From: an uncultured Candidatus Saccharibacteria bacterium
GTDB taxonomy: Bacteria > Patescibacteriota > Minisyncoccia > Phycocordibacterales > UBA918
DNA length: 64,000 nt
Assembly: GCA_964350985.1 (NCBI GenBank)
Contig: CAYGLK010000002.1
Span: 382 to 64,381 of the forward strand
Direction of reading: 5' to 3'
Of the stretch, positions 37,968 to 45,424 are shown piece by piece (position 1 is the first letter of the stretch; every line of letters starts with the position of its first letter). The notes beneath the pieces were generated by a model. It was given only the letters and a program-made list of their open reading frames with translations, was not told the DNA's origin and made no database searches. Both the position numbers and the translations under genes were made by a program.

Positions 37968-38009
37968 GTCAATACTGCTGGCTGTATGGGACGATGTTAG
38001 AACTTTTTT
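37968..38009. repeat. Island repeat copy R9 (gtcaatactgctggctgtatgggacgatgttagaactttttta)
   Basis: Full core; contains the TAA stop of the upstream gene (gTTAgaac). Confidence 0.9.
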
Positions 38010-38419
38010 AGTAGTTCAAGATCACCATTAAGAACTAAGGGATCCATCGCTTCGATCTCATCAGTATAACCACTCTGCGGGGCTGGGTTTAAAATCGCCA
38101 AATCCTTACCCAATACGTGACCAAACCCCATTTCTAAAAATGTATTAGCGCCGATGTAGTTTTGAATACCATTCTTTTCAGTATTTACTACTAGTACAAT
38201 GTCATATTCTTTTATTTTTTCGTAGTAGCCTTTTATCAAATCCAGCTCTTTTTTATCTACCGCACGTTCTGTCTCAGTAACATGAGTGAAGTCATTGTCT
38301 CGAAACTTTTTCACACCATGAGGAATTTCTACCGTGAATCCCATGGCTTCAAGCTCACTTTGAATTTTTAATACAGTGCCTGACGCAGAGATTGAACAAC
38401 AAATTATAATTGATTTCAT
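37997..38419 (-). CDS. Nucleoside 2-deoxyribosyltransferase-like (flavodoxin-fold) protein; cassette 8
   Basis: MKSIIICCSISASG...YDIVLVVNTEKNG...GANTFLEMGFGHVLGKDLAILNP pattern of NDT-like proteins; start set to Met 38419 because the first Met (38428) overlaps the TATAAT -10. Confidence 0.5.
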   Translation of the reverse strand: MKSIIICCSISASGTVLKIQSELEAMGFTVEIPHGVKKFRDNDFTHVTETERAVDKKELDLIKGYYEKIKEYDIVLVVNTEKNGIQNYIGANTFLEMGFGHVLGKDLAILNPAPQSGYTDEIEAMDPLVLNGDLELLKKF

Positions 38420-38475
38420 AATGTGCATTATAACAAAAGTTCTATAGTCCTTGACGGGTACTAAATTTCAGATTT

Positions 38476-38528
38476 AAAAATAAGCCTCAAAAATGTTGCT
38501 GGCTGTATGGGACGATGTTAGAACTTTT
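38476..38528. repeat. Island repeat copy R8 (aaaaataagcctcaaaaatgttgctggctgtatgggacgatgttagaactttt)
   Basis: Full extended copy. Confidence 0.9.
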
Positions 38529-38988
38529 ATAGATACAATATCTTAATTCCAAGACGCTCTGCCTGCTCGTGCTCCCACTTAGAGCCGAAAGATGTTTGCC
38601 AATCTGGTAAAAAATAAAACTCGGAAATGTGTCCAGATTCAAAAAGAGGTAAATAAAACTGATTTAATAAATCCATATCATATCCAGCCTGCTCTGTGTT
38701 CGATCTAATATTCTGTATTGGAACCTCAAAAGGTATTTGATTAAAAATTTTAACTCCCTCCTTTGATAAATTTTCTATAGTAACTTCAAAAAGCTCCAAA
38801 TTTTTCTCAACTGAACCTAATCCTCCAGTTGATATAGGGCCGCAAACTTGTATGACAGGTTGTGGCATTCGCTCAATAACAGACATCGCTATTTTTTGGA
38901 GGTCATAATAATTTCTAGCGTTTTCTAAAAGAATATAATCTCCTGGTTCCCAGTATTTGTAATTCATAGCTAGCTCTTTTTCTTCCAT
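38527..38988 (-). CDS. DUF4406 / nucleoside-deoxyribosyltransferase-like protein; cassette 9 (second gene)
   Basis: VIQVCGPISTGG...YFLPDWQTSFGSKWEHEQAERLGIKI fits DUF4406-like pattern; overlaps upstream MTase gene by 19 nt. Confidence 0.45.
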   Translation of the reverse strand: MEEKELAMNYKYWEPGDYILLENARNYYDLQKIAMSVIERMPQPVIQVCGPISTGGLGSVEKNLELFEVTIENLSKEGVKIFNQIPFEVPIQNIRSNTEQAGYDMDLLNQFYLPLFESGHISEFYFLPDWQTSFGSKWEHEQAERLGIKILYL

Positions 38989-39644
38989 TTCAATAATAAG
39001 AAACCTGGGTATGTATCTACTATTTGTTCAGCTGCACTATCAAAGCGCTCGTCATAAGCTTCTAATATAAAATGATCTAACATAAAGGAAGAGAAGTACT
39101 CTTTTAAGGTATGTGTAGGCTCTTCAAAAGTTAGCTTTCCATCAAAGCAAATAGACTCCACAATCTCCTTTTCAAAATAATCTTTTGGTTGTTTCTTCTT
39201 TTCAATAAACTGCCTTAATGGATGAGCTACTAATAGTACAAAATAACCCCCCGGCTTTAACACACGAAATACCTCATTCCATATGGGTTCCAAATCTGAA
39301 GCAGTCTGCAGTGCATATTTTGAAAATACATAATCAAAACTATCAGATTCTGATGGAACATCCTCAAACAAACCATATTTAAAATCTAATTCTGGATAAC
39401 TCTCTTTTGCCTGCATCAGTAATTCTCTTGAGGCATCGATACCAAGAACATAATCGGCACCTAATTGTGAGAGCAAATTAGTTTCAAAACCATTACCAGA
39501 TCCAAGATCCAAGATTTTTCTTCCCGAAAGATCCTCAGGTAGAACTTCATTATATGCTGCACGACTATCTACATTACCTAGCTCTAGAGCATCAGAAAAT
39601 TCAGTCGCAATGTTATCGTACTGATGACTTAAGCTTTTATTCAT
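38970..39644 (-). CDS. Class I SAM-dependent methyltransferase; cassette 9 (first gene)
   Basis: Motif I ILDLGSGNG, motif II/III spacing; leaderless promoter TGGTATACT upstream. Confidence 0.8.
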   Translation of the reverse strand: MNKSLSHQYDNIATEFSDALELGNVDSRAAYNEVLPEDLSGRKILDLGSGNGFETNLLSQLGADYVLGIDASRELLMQAKESYPELDFKYGLFEDVPSESDSFDYVFSKYALQTASDLEPIWNEVFRVLKPGGYFVLLVAHPLRQFIEKKKQPKDYFEKEIVESICFDGKLTFEEPTHTLKEYFSSFMLDHFILEAYDERFDSAAEQIVDTYPGFLLLKWKKKS

Positions 39645-39715
39645 AAAAGTAAGTATACCAAAAACAAGACTGTCCTCAAACTTTTATACGTTTTAAAATA
39701 TAGCTGCTTTAGCGA

Positions 39716-39748
39716 GCTGGCTGTCTGGGACGATGTTAGAACTTTTTT
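39716..39748. repeat. Island repeat copy R7 (gctggctgtctgggacgatgttagaactttttt)
   Basis: Full core. Confidence 0.9.
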
Positions 39749-39876
39749 GATATAAAAAGCGGTTGCGCGCCGTTACATTATGTAAATACACGTAAATGAA
39801 ACTCTGCTATCAAAAGTAGAAAACCGCTCCCCCCATGCGGTTTTCATGGTTAGAGCGGTTAGAGTTGTGGTTGATC

Positions 39877-40791
39877 TCATCGAATTGTCAGGGCATTGTC
39901 GATGGAAAGCACGAGAGCTCCCATCTGTTGCTTGCCTTCAATCAACAGCTCCTTCAATTGATTGAGTTCGTCCATGCTCGCTCCATTGATTGCTTTCGCA
40001 AACTCTGGACCCCGCATCTCGAGAAGAACATCCATATCTGCACTCAAACGTTGGAAGAACCGTTCGGCATGACGACGCACATCACGAGGCCTTCCCGTGC
40101 GTTTCTCGCCAGTAATACTCTCCACACACTTGCGTGCATGAGCAAGCCGAAAACGAAGTGGAACCCTGAGCATTTGCTGATACACCACCAGCTGCTGTTC
40201 CGTCGAAAGAGCCGAAAGTACGACAGCTTCACCAAAACGAAGAAGTTCCTTTTCGTTGGTTTCGGGATGCATCTTTTGCTGAAGTTCGGGTACAAGCCGC
40301 TGCAGCGAAAGGTATTGGTAGACCCAAGAAGGCGACTTGTCCAAACCCTCAGCTAGCAGTGCTACCTTTTCATGTCGATCCACCTGGTATTGCAACGCGC
40401 AAGATATTTCCATGTGCGTTTGGCCTTCCCGGTGGTGATTGGAAATCAAGGAAAGCAAATGTTGCTCGCGATCTTCAGGATTTCCCTCCTCAACACAAAT
40501 CCGGATGGTCTGAAGACCGGCAATCTGGTGAGCCAGCCAACGACGTTCGCCGTCGATGATCTCATAATCACAACCATCTTCGGTGGTGGACAGTTTTCTG
40601 ACCTGAATCGGCGTACGCTGGCCATGCATGACGATTGAACGAGCAAGGCTGCGAAGCGCTGATTCTTTGAAATAGGTTCGTGGCTGATTCTTGTACCGAC
40701 GAACCGATGACACAGGTACACGTAATTCGTGTTGGCTTTGAACCTCTGGTGTGCCGTCCATATTCCCTCCCCAATAACTCTCAAGGCCCAA
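39877..40791 (-). CDS. ParB/Sulfiredoxin N-terminal-domain (ParB-like nuclease) protein; cassette 10, GC-rich (about 50%)
   Basis: YEIIDGERRWLAHQIAG is the ParB-Nter DGxxR motif; markedly higher GC and different codon usage from neighbours. Confidence 0.6.
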   Translation of the reverse strand: MGLESYWGGNMDGTPEVQSQHELRVPVSSVRRYKNQPRTYFKESALRSLARSIVMHGQRTPIQVRKLSTTEDGCDYEIIDGERRWLAHQIAGLQTIRICVEEGNPEDREQHLLSLISNHHREGQTHMEISCALQYQVDRHEKVALLAEGLDKSPSWVYQYLSLQRLVPELQQKMHPETNEKELLRFGEAVVLSALSTEQQLVVYQQMLRVPLRFRLAHARKCVESITGEKRTGRPRDVRRHAERFFQRLSADMDVLLEMRGPEFAKAINGASMDELNQLKELLIEGKQQMGALVLSIDNALTIR

Positions 40792-40838
40792 TGCCTGAGT
40801 TGCGGACCATTAAATACGTGTTCTTCGATTATGTCAAT

Positions 40839-40871
40839 GCTGGCTGTATGGGACGATGTTAGAACTTTTTT
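40839..40871. repeat. Island repeat copy R6 (gctggctgtatgggacgatgttagaactttttt)
   Basis: Full core; HAD gene stop TAA overlaps its T-run. Confidence 0.9.
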
Positions 40872-41469
40872 AACAATCAACTTTCAGTAGCCGCAATTCA
40901 GTTATGAGATTATCATAGTCAGTAAATAAGATTGATTTAATTTCTAATTTTTTTGCAGCGTCAGTATTTTTAACCTGATCATCAATAAAGACCACCTCTT
41001 CAGGAATTAATCCCGTAATAGTTAAGGCTCTATCAAAATAGAGAGGGTCAGGCTTTTTCAAACCTTCCTTAAAAGACAATATCTCATAATCAAAGTATTC
41101 ATAAAGACCCATTTCAATATCTGCCCCATATCTTTGTTCCGTTAAATTGGTTAGTGCGGCTAATACATAATTTTTCTTAAGTTGCTTTAGCAAGGAAAGT
41201 ACTTGAGCATCCACAGATGACAATCTTACAGTTTCTTCACTCCACACATTTAGCATATCCTCTACTCTGAACTTGTTGTTAATCCCAAAAGCACAAAGCA
41301 TGTGTTCTGAAGTGACAGCTCCTGTCAAAAGATCATTTAAATGTTCTTCATGGTAAGCAGAGACTATATCAGCTGAGATTCCGACTCGCTCTGAAAATAG
41401 TTGGTATATTTTCGAAAAATCACCATGTGTAATTACTTTATGAATATCAAAAAAAATACCTTTAATCAT
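40870..41469 (-). CDS. HAD-superfamily hydrolase; cassette 11 (second gene). Start at Met 41469
   Basis: IKGIFFDIHKV (motif I variant) and VVFIDDQVKN (motif IV). Confidence 0.6.
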   Translation of the reverse strand: MIKGIFFDIHKVITHGDFSKIYQLFSERVGISADIVSAYHEEHLNDLLTGAVTSEHMLCAFGINNKFRVEDMLNVWSEETVRLSSVDAQVLSLLKQLKKNYVLAALTNLTEQRYGADIEMGLYEYFDYEILSFKEGLKKPDPLYFDRALTITGLIPEEVVFIDDQVKNTDAAKKLEIKSILFTDYDNLITELRLLKVDC

Positions 41470-41525
41470 GGCGCAAGTATAACAAAACCACCCCAGCGAG
41501 AAAACTATCTCCTCGCATAGGGTGG

Positions 41526-42065
41526 TCACAAATACCGCGTCAAAATTTCAACAACTTCATCCATTTTCTTGTCGGACACATCAACCACGGCGACAACTGG
41601 TATATTACCTTGGACGAGCGCTGGATTACCCCACTCATCGGATATTTTCTTGTAGACACCAATGTCGTGTGGTTTACCCAAAGAACCCCTTTCGACGCAA
41701 AGAAATCGCTGTCTGCGAACTTCTTCTCTACAGGTTAAGTTAACGACCTGCAGCTCGACTTCCAGCTTTAGACACAGGTCACTCAGCCAGAGCAGGTAAT
41801 CCTTACCAATATGAGCATGGTTTGAATGCGTCATGATGAGTGTCTGCACAGAGCCAGATTCCGCTGCACTACGAATAATGACCTCCCTGAGACTGTAAAG
41901 CAACTCAGTGGAAGCACTTCCGAGCCAAGCATCTCCATAGATTGATTTGACAATGTTGGTGGTCAAGTGGTTGTGCACCAGAGGATTGTTGGTTTTTTCT
42001 GAAAGAGCTGCACCAATCGTCCTCTTACCTATCCCGCAACCGCCGCTTATCAAAAATAGCTTCAC
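41526..42065 (-). CDS. P-loop NTPase, small nucleoside/nucleotide-kinase-like; cassette 11 (first gene)
   Basis: Walker A ISGGCGIGKRT at N-terminus, 179 aa. Confidence 0.6.
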   Translation of the reverse strand: MKLFLISGGCGIGKRTIGAALSEKTNNPLVHNHLTTNIVKSIYGDAWLGSASTELLYSLREVIIRSAAESGSVQTLIMTHSNHAHIGKDYLLWLSDLCLKLEVELQVVNLTCREEVRRQRFLCVERGSLGKPHDIGVYKKISDEWGNPALVQGNIPVVAVVDVSDKKMDEVVEILTRYL

Positions 42066-42134
42066 GGATTTCCCCCTTTAAGTAATTGATGTGTTTTTTA
42101 TCTATAACACATATTTAGTATTCTGTCACTAGTT

Positions 42135-42167
42135 GCTGGCTGTATGGGACGATGTTGGAACTTTTTT
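42135..42167. repeat. Island repeat copy R5 (gctggctgtatgggacgatgttggaactttttt)
   Basis: Core with one substitution. Confidence 0.9.
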
Positions 42168-42245
42168 GACACAAAAACAGCCCGCCGAAACGAGTCCATA
42201 GGACTGTCTTTGCGAGCTTGGTAGATCATACAATTGACACTCAAA

Positions 42246-42770
42246 TTACAGTTTGACACCGACATATTGGCCACTGCATACAAAGCCGGGACCTAAAAAA
42301 TGGTCATGCAGATTCAGGGCGTCGTCGATGAATTCACCAGTGTTACTGTCGTACCGCAACATCCCACCGTATGTGCCATTTGGCTTGTCCCCTCGGCTGC
42401 CGAAGCAGCAGAAGTAGTTGACCGAGCCCTCCCTCATTTCAGGCTGGTGTTCGGTCAAATAAGCACGGCATTCGCGCAGGTCGGCATACCGATACCCTAG
42501 GCTAGGAAGCGTCGGATCGCCGTGTTTAGGGGATACGATAGCCATTTCCAGCGTTCGCGCGTTGTAGACCTCAGGAATACTGAATGTGACACTACGTCCC
42601 CAATCACCTTCCCCCGATACGACTTGTGCTGGAGTGTCCGGTATCTCGACAGTCTGAGGATTGATGAAATCATCATTTCCAAAGATAGCGGTCCCTACCC
42701 AGAGAACGATTCCGGCAAGACCGCCGAACACAACCGTTCCAGCGAAAACATTTGCAAAAGTACTGGCCAT
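42246..42770 (-). CDS. Hypothetical membrane-anchored protein; cassette 12, GC-rich
   Basis: 174-aa ORF, N-terminal TM, GC about 52%. Confidence 0.35.
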   Translation of the reverse strand: MASTFANVFAGTVVFGGLAGIVLWVGTAIFGNDDFINPQTVEIPDTPAQVVSGEGDWGRSVTFSIPEVYNARTLEMAIVSPKHGDPTLPSLGYRYADLRECRAYLTEHQPEMREGSVNYFCCFGSRGDKPNGTYGGMLRYDSNTGEFIDDALNLHDHFLGPGFVCSGQYVGVKL

Positions 42771-42845
42771 CTTTAAACTCCGTTAGGTTGAGAACGAGAT
42801 TGTTCAAGTAAAACAATAACACTGTAAAACATGTATGTCAATACT

Positions 42846-42876
42846 GCTGGCTGTCTGGGACGATGTTAGAACTTTT
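42846..42876. repeat. Island repeat copy R4 (gctggctgtctgggacgatgttagaactttt)
   Basis: Full core. Confidence 0.9.
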
Positions 42877-42939
42877 CTATCAATATAAAAGGGCCCCGTT
42901 TTCACAGGACCCTCCTTTTCTCTCTGTATCCGCCGAGCG

Positions 42940-43218
42940 TCAGATGTAAACGAAGTACAGAATGATAGTCAGAACCGACAGACTGAATGAGATTGCCATG
43001 GACACCATTCCGCTCCAGCTCTTCCTGAGAAAGAACTCTGTGGCAAATGCAGCCTGCACGACCGCAAAGATGGCGAACATTTGCCACGCCACGCCAGCAA
43101 CGATACCGGTACGGATGATTGCGACGGGTTGAGGAATCAGGGCGATGATATTTACAAAGCCCATCAACCACATCACCTTGTTCCAGTGGAACTTTTGGAT
43201 GAACTCTTCACGGGTCAC
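42940..43218 (-). CDS. Small 3-TM PQ-loop (SemiSWEET-like) membrane protein; cassette 13, GC-rich
   Basis: 92 aa, three TM helices, LIPQPVAIIRTG resembles the PQ motif of TM1. Confidence 0.35.
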   Translation of the reverse strand: MTREEFIQKFHWNKVMWLMGFVNIIALIPQPVAIIRTGIVAGVAWQMFAIFAVVQAAFATEFFLRKSWSGMVSMAISFSLSVLTIILYFVYI

Positions 43219-43282
43219 GAGACTCTCCTTATTTAGCCCTGAATTATTAATATAAGAGCATATTTTTTATGCTTTGTAAAGT

Positions 43283-43315
43283 GCTGGCTGTATGGGACGA
43301 TGTTAGAACAGTTTT
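43283..43315. repeat. Island repeat copy R3 (gctggctgtatgggacgatgttagaacagtttt)
   Basis: Core with 2 substitutions. Confidence 0.85.
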
Positions 43316-43317
43316 AA

Positions 43318-43959
43318 CTAGAAATCTTTAGTCTCTCCATTACCTAACCTAACAAAATTAATACCCTTGGAACTTAACTGATTCTCAAATAGACCATATA
43401 TTAGCGCAATTCCATCTTCATTTAGCAACCAATCGTGTACCGGGAATGTTGTTTTAGGATTTACTCGCAAAGCGTAAGAAATAGCATCAGAAGATTTACA
43501 CCAGGGACCAGCTACAGGTAAGGCTAATACCTGAACCTCTTTACCTGGTTCTGTATATGCATCTCCTGGATAGAAGAGTTTTTTAGAAATAAAGTAACCT
43601 GTATTTTGCACCAAACCATATTCTTCAAATATTTCTGCGTGCTTACCATCATAGGCTTCTATAGAAACCCCATCTACGGCTTCTTCAGACCTCCCTTCCA
43701 GTACTTGGAAATTAATACCCAACCCGCTTAGAATTTTTCCAACACTACTATTTGTGACAATCCTTACTTTGGGATTATTTTTTACAATCTCTTTAATAGA
43801 CTCACTGTGCAGATGGTCTGTGTGTTCATGAGTAATTAGAACCAAATCAATATTCATTAACTTATTTTGAGAAACACTAAATTTTCCCGGGTCAGTTAAA
43901 ATCCTCTTACCGTCAACCTCTATAAGAAGACAGCACTGTCCAAATTTTGTAATTTTCAT
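43318..43959 (-). CDS. MBL-fold metallo-hydrolase; cassette 14. Start at Met 43959 (track ORF reads through repeat R2)
   Basis: LVLITHEHTDH (HxHxDH) motif; leaderless promoter TGGTATACT-tttaata-ATG. Confidence 0.75.
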   Translation of the reverse strand: MKITKFGQCCLLIEVDGKRILTDPGKFSVSQNKLMNIDLVLITHEHTDHLHSESIKEIVKNNPKVRIVTNSSVGKILSGLGINFQVLEGRSEEAVDGVSIEAYDGKHAEIFEEYGLVQNTGYFISKKLFYPGDAYTEPGKEVQVLALPVAGPWCKSSDAISYALRVNPKTTFPVHDWLLNEDGIALIYGLFENQLSSKGINFVRLGNGETKDF

Positions 43960-44014
43960 TATTAAAAGTATACCAAAGTTCCGCCGTACCCGTCCGGTAT
44001 AGAATTTAGGTGTT

Positions 44015-44070
44015 GAAAAATAAGCATCAAATCTCGAGCTGGCTGTCTGGGACGATATTAGAACTTTTTT
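44015..44070. repeat. Island repeat copy R2 (gaaaaataagcatcaaatctcgagctggctgtctgggacgatattagaactttttt); extended conserved region starts about 43966
   Basis: Full extended copy. Confidence 0.9.
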
Positions 44071-44071
44071 G

Positions 44072-44443
44072 TCATTTCCGAACGTTACCACTACCTAGAT
44101 GGAAGTGTAACTGCGCCACCTCCTGTCGGCTTCCACCATTAATCACAATTGTGTAGTCAGTCTCCTGCCAGCCATTATCTTTGATAATTTCCTGAGCCAC
44201 TTTGTATACCTCTGCCACGTACTCAAAGTCATTAGGTTGAAGAGCGGAGATATTTTTAATTGCCTTCTTAGGTACGATTAAAATATGATTTTCCCAGTAT
44301 GGTTTGGGGTGCCAAAATGCTAATACTTTTTCTGTCTCTTGGATTCGTTTCACTGGTAGCAACTTTGAAAAATTGCCGAATGCAATACCTACGATAAGTT
44401 CTCCTAATGGTGACTTTGCTAAAGCTAAAAGTGCTTTTTTCAT
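44072..44443 (-). CDS. HIT-family (histidine triad) nucleotide hydrolase/transferase; cassette 15
   Basis: AQLHFHLGSG histidine triad; 123 aa. Confidence 0.75.
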   Translation of the reverse strand: MKKALLALAKSPLGELIVGIAFGNFSKLLPVKRIQETEKVLAFWHPKPYWENHILIVPKKAIKNISALQPNDFEYVAEVYKVAQEIIKDNGWQETDYTIVINGGSRQEVAQLHFHLGSGNVRK

Positions 44444-44484
44444 AGCAATAGTATACCAAAAGTTCTAAATCCCTTTTTAATGTT

Positions 44485-44538
44485 GAAAAATAAGCTCCAA
44501 ATGTGTTGCTGGCTGCATGGGACGATGTTAGAACTTTT
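44485..44538. repeat. Island repeat copy R1 (gaaaaataagctccaaatgtgttgctggctgcatgggacgatgttagaactttt)
   Basis: Full extended copy; flank tgtgttgctg matches tRNA-Gln 3' flank. Confidence 0.9.
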
Positions 44539-44542
44539 ATAA

Positions 44543-45181
44543 CTACAAAACCATCTTCGCGAATATTCTAATCCATTTAATTTCAGCTCTGCCGTGAACG
44601 TCTTCTTCATTTACCACCTCATCCACCCTGAAACCAGTTTCCTCTAACAAACCCGTTAATTCTTCACTCTTATAGTAGCGAAAGAATCTATCGTGATTTG
44701 ATAACTTATCAGATACAATTTCAGTTTTATTACTACCTAATTGTTCTTTCACATAGATATAAACCCATCCATGTGCTTTAAGTACCCTCTTAAACTCTCT
44801 CACGGCATTCCTTACATCATCAAATGTTTCCAGATGTACTAATGACGCATGCGCCCAAACACCATCGAAGGTCTCATTGGGAAATGGTAACTTAATAAAA
44901 TTTCCATTTATAAATTCAATTTCCGGGTGTAATTTTTTTGCTACTTTAATTAGTCCTGTAGATATATCAATGCCAGTCACTTGAGCTCCAAAGGAAGCTA
45001 GGGTTTCTGAATCTCTTCCGTCTCCACAACCGACATCAAGAATTCTTGGTGTATCTTTAGATATTTTATCCAAGAAACTTTTTGCAGTGTCATTAAATTT
45101 TTTATCTCTAGTATCTAGAGAATATTTATCAGCATTGTTGTCGTACCAGTCAATTGTTTCTTTGAGTCCAGAGACTTTCAT
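44543..45181 (-). CDS. Class I SAM-dependent methyltransferase; cassette 16 (adjacent to tRNA-Gln)
   Basis: Motif I ILDVGCGDGRD; about 210 aa. Confidence 0.8.
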   Translation of the reverse strand: MKVSGLKETIDWYDNNADKYSLDTRDKKFNDTAKSFLDKISKDTPRILDVGCGDGRDSETLASFGAQVTGIDISTGLIKVAKKLHPEIEFINGNFIKLPFPNETFDGVWAHASLVHLETFDDVRNAVREFKRVLKAHGWVYIYVKEQLGSNKTEIVSDKLSNHDRFFRYYKSEELTGLLEETGFRVDEVVNEEDVHGRAEIKWIRIFAKMVL

Positions 45182-45186
45182 AATTG

Positions 45187-45249
45187 AAAGTATATCAAAC
45201 CTGAGACTCGAACCAAATTAATGTTGCTAAATATAGCTAAATTGTGTTG
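45187..45249. repeat. Island repeat copy R0: partial tRNA-like fragment (cctgagactcgaacc) plus flank, directly abutting the genuine tRNA-Gln 3' end
   Basis: gagactcgaacc mirrors gggactcgaacc of the adjacent tRNA; aaattaatgttgcta resembles aaattgtgttgctg. Confidence 0.6.
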
Positions 45250-45320
45250 CTGCCGGACAGGGACTCGAACCCCGATAGACGGCACCAAAAACCGTAGTCC
45301 TACCATTAGACGATCCGGCA
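45250..45320 (-). tRNA. tRNA-Gln (anticodon UUG)
   Basis: Cloverleaf: acceptor UGCCGGA/UCCGGCA with U1-A72, discriminator G73, anticodon loop UUUUGGU, T-loop TTCGAGT; 71 nt, no encoded CCA. Confidence 0.85.
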
Positions 45321-45424
45321 AAGGATCTTACGCTATATAACTAGCGCGTCACTACTGTATCACATTTATTTTAATATTTCAGCTCTTTTTAAGGGTATTA
45401 AAAAGCCCTCAAACTAACCTATGT

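Noticed and set aside
38527-39644. Possible frameshift joining the MTase (38970..39644) and the DUF4406-like gene (38527..38988)
   Set aside because: The 19-nt overlap is in different frames with an intact start codon for the downstream gene and both products are complete domains. Interpreted as overlapping operon genes, not a pseudogene.
40446-40880. 144-aa minus-strand ORF (MIVKKVLTSSHTAS...) and similar N-terminal extensions of track ORFs 31670..32083 and 43318..44091
   Set aside because: They arise because the island repeat core translates as KKVLTSSHTAS in one frame. The recurring peptide is a repeat artefact; real starts are the internal Mets after the TATACT box.
31142-45250. Island repeats as CRISPR array or as intrinsic terminators
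   Set aside because: Spacing is 0.4-3.7 kb with genes in between, not 30-40-bp spacers. The core has no stable hairpin, and in gene orientation it begins with an A-run rather than ending in a T-run, so it is not a canonical Rho-independent terminator.
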